DNA of 64,000 bases, taken from an uncultured virus (IMG/VR IMGVR_UViG_3300028646_000003). Lineage: Duplodnaviria > Heunggongvirae > Uroviricota > Caudoviricetes. The stretch covers positions 62,001-126,000 of the IMG/VR virus record IMGVR_UViG_3300028646_000003, one strand, 5' to 3'. The number at the start of each line of letters is the position of its first letter. Position 1 is the first letter of the stretch. The notes beneath the pieces are model-generated. The model was not told the origin of the DNA and did no database searches. It was given only the letters and a program-made list of their open reading frames with translations. The position numbers and the translations under genes are program-made. This document shows, in pieces, positions 60,570 through 64,000 of the stretch.

Positions 60570-60716
60570 ACTCCTTCTTATATAATCTTTATTTACCTAT
60601 CCATCTTGATAAGCATAACTAAAATTACATATAAAAAGGACTAGATATATTTCAACCTAATCCTAATAAGGACATAAAATTTTACTTTTAACTGCTTTTT
60701 ATATTAATTTATTAAC

Positions 60717-61346
60717 TTAAATATGATCAATACTTTCTCTAACGTCCTTTAAACAATCATCGAATCCTTCTTCGTAGCCCATCTCAATAGCATCAGAAAT
60801 TGTATCTTTAATTAAATTATAGATATTTCCAACTAAGTATTTGTCTAAATCCAGTTCGTCAATGCTTGATAAAAGTTCTTCAAATAAAATCTCTGTTGTA
60901 TCTTCTTCTTCAATTTCTTTTTCGTAATCTTCGTCGTCACTATATTCACAATTATCGCAGTCATAATTACATTCTTCTTCTGAATCATTTTCATATGTAC
61001 ATTCAACTAACATTACCATTCCAGAAAACTTCTTTATATCAATGCAATCAGCTAAATCGGAGTCTATAAAAACAATATCACTATCATCTTCTAATGTTTC
61101 TCCATCTTTACTGAAGACTTTTTCTATAAAATATTCTATTTCTCCATCTTCATAAATGTTTTTAGCAATTGCTAATATATCATTTTCTTCTATTAGATTT
61201 TCAACATAATCAAAATCAGCTTCACAGAATTGAACTCCATCTTCCATTAATTCTAAAACTGTTTCACCAATTTCTATGCCATCACCAATAAATACTGTAC
61301 CTGATTCTTCTGAATTTAGTATCATTTCTTTAATTAATTCTTGCAT
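60717..61346 (-). CDS. Highly acidic hypothetical protein
   Basis: 209 aa, very Asp/Glu-rich, with a CNYDCDNC motif. Confidence 0.7.
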   Translation of the reverse strand: MQELIKEMILNSEESGTVFIGDGIEIGETVLELMEDGVQFCEADFDYVENLIEENDILAIAKNIYEDGEIEYFIEKVFSKDGETLEDDSDIVFIDSDLADCIDIKKFSGMVMLVECTYENDSEEECNYDCDNCEYSDDEDYEKEIEEEDTTEILFEELLSSIDELDLDKYLVGNIYNLIKDTISDAIEMGYEEGFDDCLKDVRESIDHI

Positions 61347-61384
61347 TTTTTATTATCTCCCTCACTTATAATATTTAATTTATT

Positions 61385-61735
61385 TTATACTTGACTATCA
61401 TCTTGAATATCTTGTTTAATTTTTGTGGCTTCTAAATTCATTCTACCTGTACTTTCATTAAGAATATATTGAAAAGCATCAGCATTATTTACTCCTACAG
61501 ATACTAATCCGATAAATTGCCCACAAGCAAAACTAATATCTTTCAAACCTTTTTTAAATATATCTTCGTCTAATTCAAATCCATTTAACTCATCAGTATT
61601 GATTTCAATCCTAGGTGTTATTTCTTCTATAATATCTAAAACTTCATCTTTACTATAATATTCTTGTTCTTCCATAGGCTGATTTGGTTCTATTTCTTCA
61701 ACTTTATTTAACTCTTCTTTACACATAATTCTCAC
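61385..61735 (-). CDS. Hypothetical protein
   Basis: 116 aa ORF in the operon. Confidence 0.65.
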   Translation of the reverse strand: MRIMCKEELNKVEEIEPNQPMEEQEYYSKDEVLDIIEEITPRIEINTDELNGFELDEDIFKKGLKDISFACGQFIGLVSVGVNNADAFQYILNESTGRMNLEATKIKQDIQDDSQV

Positions 61736-61744
61736 CTATATCCT

Positions 61745-62341
61745 TTATATAATTATTTCATCAGCAACATTTAATTTTAAAGCAGTAGCACCATCCATAT
61801 AAAAGTCTTTATTACTCTTTGTATAGCTATCAAATTGTTCTTTAGTTATACCTGTTTTCTCAGTTATTAAATCAACTATTAACTTGTACCATCTATCGCA
61901 TTGCTCTCTATCATTTACAGTATCTTGATATGTCTCAGTACCGTATCTAAATCTATTCCATTGGTGTCACATTAAATCACTTCTCTTATATACAAATCTT
62001 TTAGATCCACATATAAATATTTTGAATGCCATTGAATAAGCATAGCTTGTACAATATGTATGAATTTCTATCCCTTTATTAATGTAATATTCCATTAGGT
62101 CACAAAAATGCATTCCATCAACTAAACTTCCTCCTGGAGAAGCTATGATTAATTTTATTGGTGTTCTATCTTCCTTGCTCAATGATAGTTGTTTAGTGGC
62201 AAGTTTCTTTAATTGTCTTGATAACATTATTATAAATTCAGTTGTAATTTCATCATCAATATATAGTGTATTATTATCTTTGTAATCTACTAATTTGATT
62301 TCTTCTAGCAATAAATTCCGTTGTTGATATACTTCTCCCAT
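61745..62341 (-). CDS. ClpP-like serine protease with in-frame UGA at 61967-61969 (198 aa if read through)
   Basis: IASPGGS, AYSMA (Ser), SDLM*HQ (His), KDFYMD (Asp), ALKLNVADEII; the frame stays open 73 codons past the UGA. Confidence 0.8.
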
Positions 62342-62371
62342 AACTTTTCACCATTAATCCTTTATTTTATT

Positions 62372-63607
62372 TTAATTGATTTGTAAATTTATATCTCTTA
62401 TATATTCAACTCCATCATAGTTAACTAAAATTAGAGTTTGACTTGCATGTGTTGTACATTGAAGTTTGTCCACACTATATGGATTCATACCAAATAATGA
62501 ACCTATAGTTGTTACGTACCCACCATTATTTTGTGAACTTACACCAAAATTATGATAATGTCCTCTTATTAACATAGCATACTTTATATTATTCATACTT
62601 GTTTCTGTGTCATAGAATTTCTTATCTTCTTTAGGACTTTTATCACCATGTTTAACTTTTATAACTCCAAAACCTAAGTCAAACTCTCCACAATCTTCTT
62701 TAAAATCAATATCACAAACGTTGACTCTATCATTCTTAGCTAAAGTAAACCACTTCTTTAAATTCTTAACTATGGTATAATTGTTGTTATCTCCTTCAAT
62801 ATTTCCATCTTTATAAGCTTGGTTTCCACGCTGATGGTTTCCACCTACTGAATATAAGTCTACATTTACCTTCATTTCTGATATACTTGTAATAAATCCA
62901 TATAGCAATTCCTCAGCCATAACAATCTGTTCATTACTATTAAATTCACAACTATATGATTGATCTTGTCCACGCATATAAATTCCTTCAGTTAAATCTC
63001 CAGCTTGCACTACTATAACTTTAGATATATCATTTTTATGTATTTCTTTTTCTATTTCAGATAAGAATCTAGATAATCTCTTTTTAGCTATTTCATAATT
63101 ATAACTATTTCCTCTATAATCCTTAATAATGTATCCTATATGCCAATCTGAAATGCAACAAATTAGTGTTTTTTCTGATTCATCTTCAATTCTTTTATAA
63201 GATAAAGGTAGAAAGTTTTCACATTCTCTATCAATATACTCATTTATGTAATTTGCAATTTCAATATTCTTTATAAAGTCTTTCTTTATTCTGTTAAGTT
63301 TATTAGTATCATTACGAATTAATTGCTTTTTAACATCTAACTCACCAATCAATTCAGTGACTTCGTCTATTTTATTTTTTACTGCTTTATCACCTTTTAA
63401 AGATTCCAAACATTCAGCACACGCAATTTCATAAATTTTATATATACCACGGAAATAACTCTCTTGGAAGTCAGTTCCAAGTTCTTGATTAATTACTTCT
63501 GCAATTTCTCTATTAATCATATTAAATTGTGTTTTGTTAGAATACATTCTATGTATATATTTTTCTCTTGACTCGATTTCCGATTTTAAATATCTTTCAT
63601 CTTCCAT
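62372..63607 (-). CDS. Calcineurin-like metallophosphoesterase
   Basis: SDWHIG, AGDLTEG, GGNH, KHGD and GHYH motifs. Confidence 0.85.
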   Translation of the reverse strand: MEDERYLKSEIESREKYIHRMYSNKTQFNMINREIAEVINQELGTDFQESYFRGIYKIYEIACAECLESLKGDKAVKNKIDEVTELIGELDVKKQLIRNDTNKLNRIKKDFIKNIEIANYINEYIDRECENFLPLSYKRIEDESEKTLICCISDWHIGYIIKDYRGNSYNYEIAKKRLSRFLSEIEKEIHKNDISKVIVVQAGDLTEGIYMRGQDQSYSCEFNSNEQIVMAEELLYGFITSISEMKVNVDLYSVGGNHQRGNQAYKDGNIEGDNNNYTIVKNLKKWFTLAKNDRVNVCDIDFKEDCGEFDLGFGVIKVKHGDKSPKEDKKFYDTETSMNNIKYAMLIRGHYHNFGVSSQNNGGYVTTIGSLFGMNPYSVDKLQCTTHASQTLILVNYDGVEYIRDINLQIN

Positions 63608-63650
63608 AATAATTCTCCCTCATTATTATTTTACTTTCATAATTTGTTTT

Positions 63651-63857
63651 CTAAAGCTTTATAATATCTGTACTTTCTCCACATTTATTGCAATAAAAAA
63701 TATATTCTTCATTTGTGCCTATCTTTTCAAAATCCTGCAAAGACACTTTTTCATCAATATCTATATTACTTTTGCAATTCTTACATTTAACATCTTTATA
63801 CTTTTTGTGTTGTTTCTTTTTATCTTTATTACTCATTCTTCCATCTTCTTTTAACAT
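63651..63857 (-). CDS. Small Zn-ribbon protein
   Basis: CKNC...CNKCG. Confidence 0.55.
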   Translation of the reverse strand: MLKEDGRMSNKDKKKQHKKYKDVKCKNCKSNIDIDEKVSLQDFEKIGTNEEYIFYCNKCGESTDIIKL

Positions 63858-64000
63858 CTCATATCTTCCCTTTACTCTTTAATTTTTAATTAATTTTAAA
63901 TACATTAAAAGCTCATAACATCACATGCAATGAGTTTTATCATATATTTAATTTATTTCCTATTCATTTTACTATTTACATATTGCACATTTAAGTTTAT

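Larger units (their letters stand above)
1..64000 (-). mobile_element. Large temperate Clostridium siphovirus/prophage: morphogenesis, lysis and accessory region (no ends or att sites visible)
   Basis: Co-oriented terminase-portal-protease-capsid-tail-TMP-Dit-Tal-fibre-lysis gene order, Firmicute GGAGG RBSs, very low GC, no host housekeeping genes. Confidence 0.95.

Noticed and set aside
12503..60691. ATAAAA-N6-TTTTAT dyads (16731, 46060; imperfect at 12503, 60674) as a repressor operator
   Set aside because: Composed only of A/T and few perfect copies; cannot be told from background without statistics
40814..63935. 13-nt complementary match ACATGCAATGAGT between 40814-40826 and 63923-63935
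   Set aside because: Matches of this length are expected by chance in 64 kb of AT-rich DNA
1..64000. Genome-wide UGA reassignment
   Set aside because: Several genes end at UGA directly before the next gene (e.g. 2039, 47442, 51859), and Trp is encoded by TGG throughout
1..64000. tRNA/rRNA genes, integrase, reverse transcriptase/DGR
   Set aside because: No cloverleaf, recombinase or RT motifs, and no TR/VR-type repeat pair seen by eye

Overview
This window is an AT-rich 64 kb segment of a large temperate Clostridium siphophage or prophage with an SPbeta/c-st-like head module. The choline-binding endolysin suggests a C. beijerinckii/butyricum-type host (inference). Almost all genes lie on the minus strand, reading right to left: metallophosphoesterase, ClpP-like protease, terminase, portal, protease/scaffold, capsid, head-tail genes, major tail, tape measure, Dit, Tal, BppU/fibres, SGNH-esterase fibre, endolysin/holin, then a further cluster of Ig-like/LamG proteins. 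The late region is heavily interrupted by free-standing endonucleases, three small-protein + Rep-like HTH cassettes (two preceded by an antirepressor), a repressor and a probable type I toxin-antitoxin locus. Four signals stand out. (1) terL is broken by two tiny inserts (5 nt and 9 nt), each starting with an in-frame UGA; one has matched take-off and landing codons (CUU UGA CAA CUU), suggesting programmed ribosomal stop-hopping. (2) The ClpP-like gene has an in-frame UGA one codon before its catalytic His. (3) Four endonuclease genes share a three-way-junction 5' leader whose loop 3 covaries with an upstream decoy site and the RBS, and whose loop 2 is always a different palindromic hexamer. 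(4) A 45-nt hairpin separates the Dit Shine-Dalgarno sequence from its start codon. All functional calls come from motif recognition by eye; no database searches were run.
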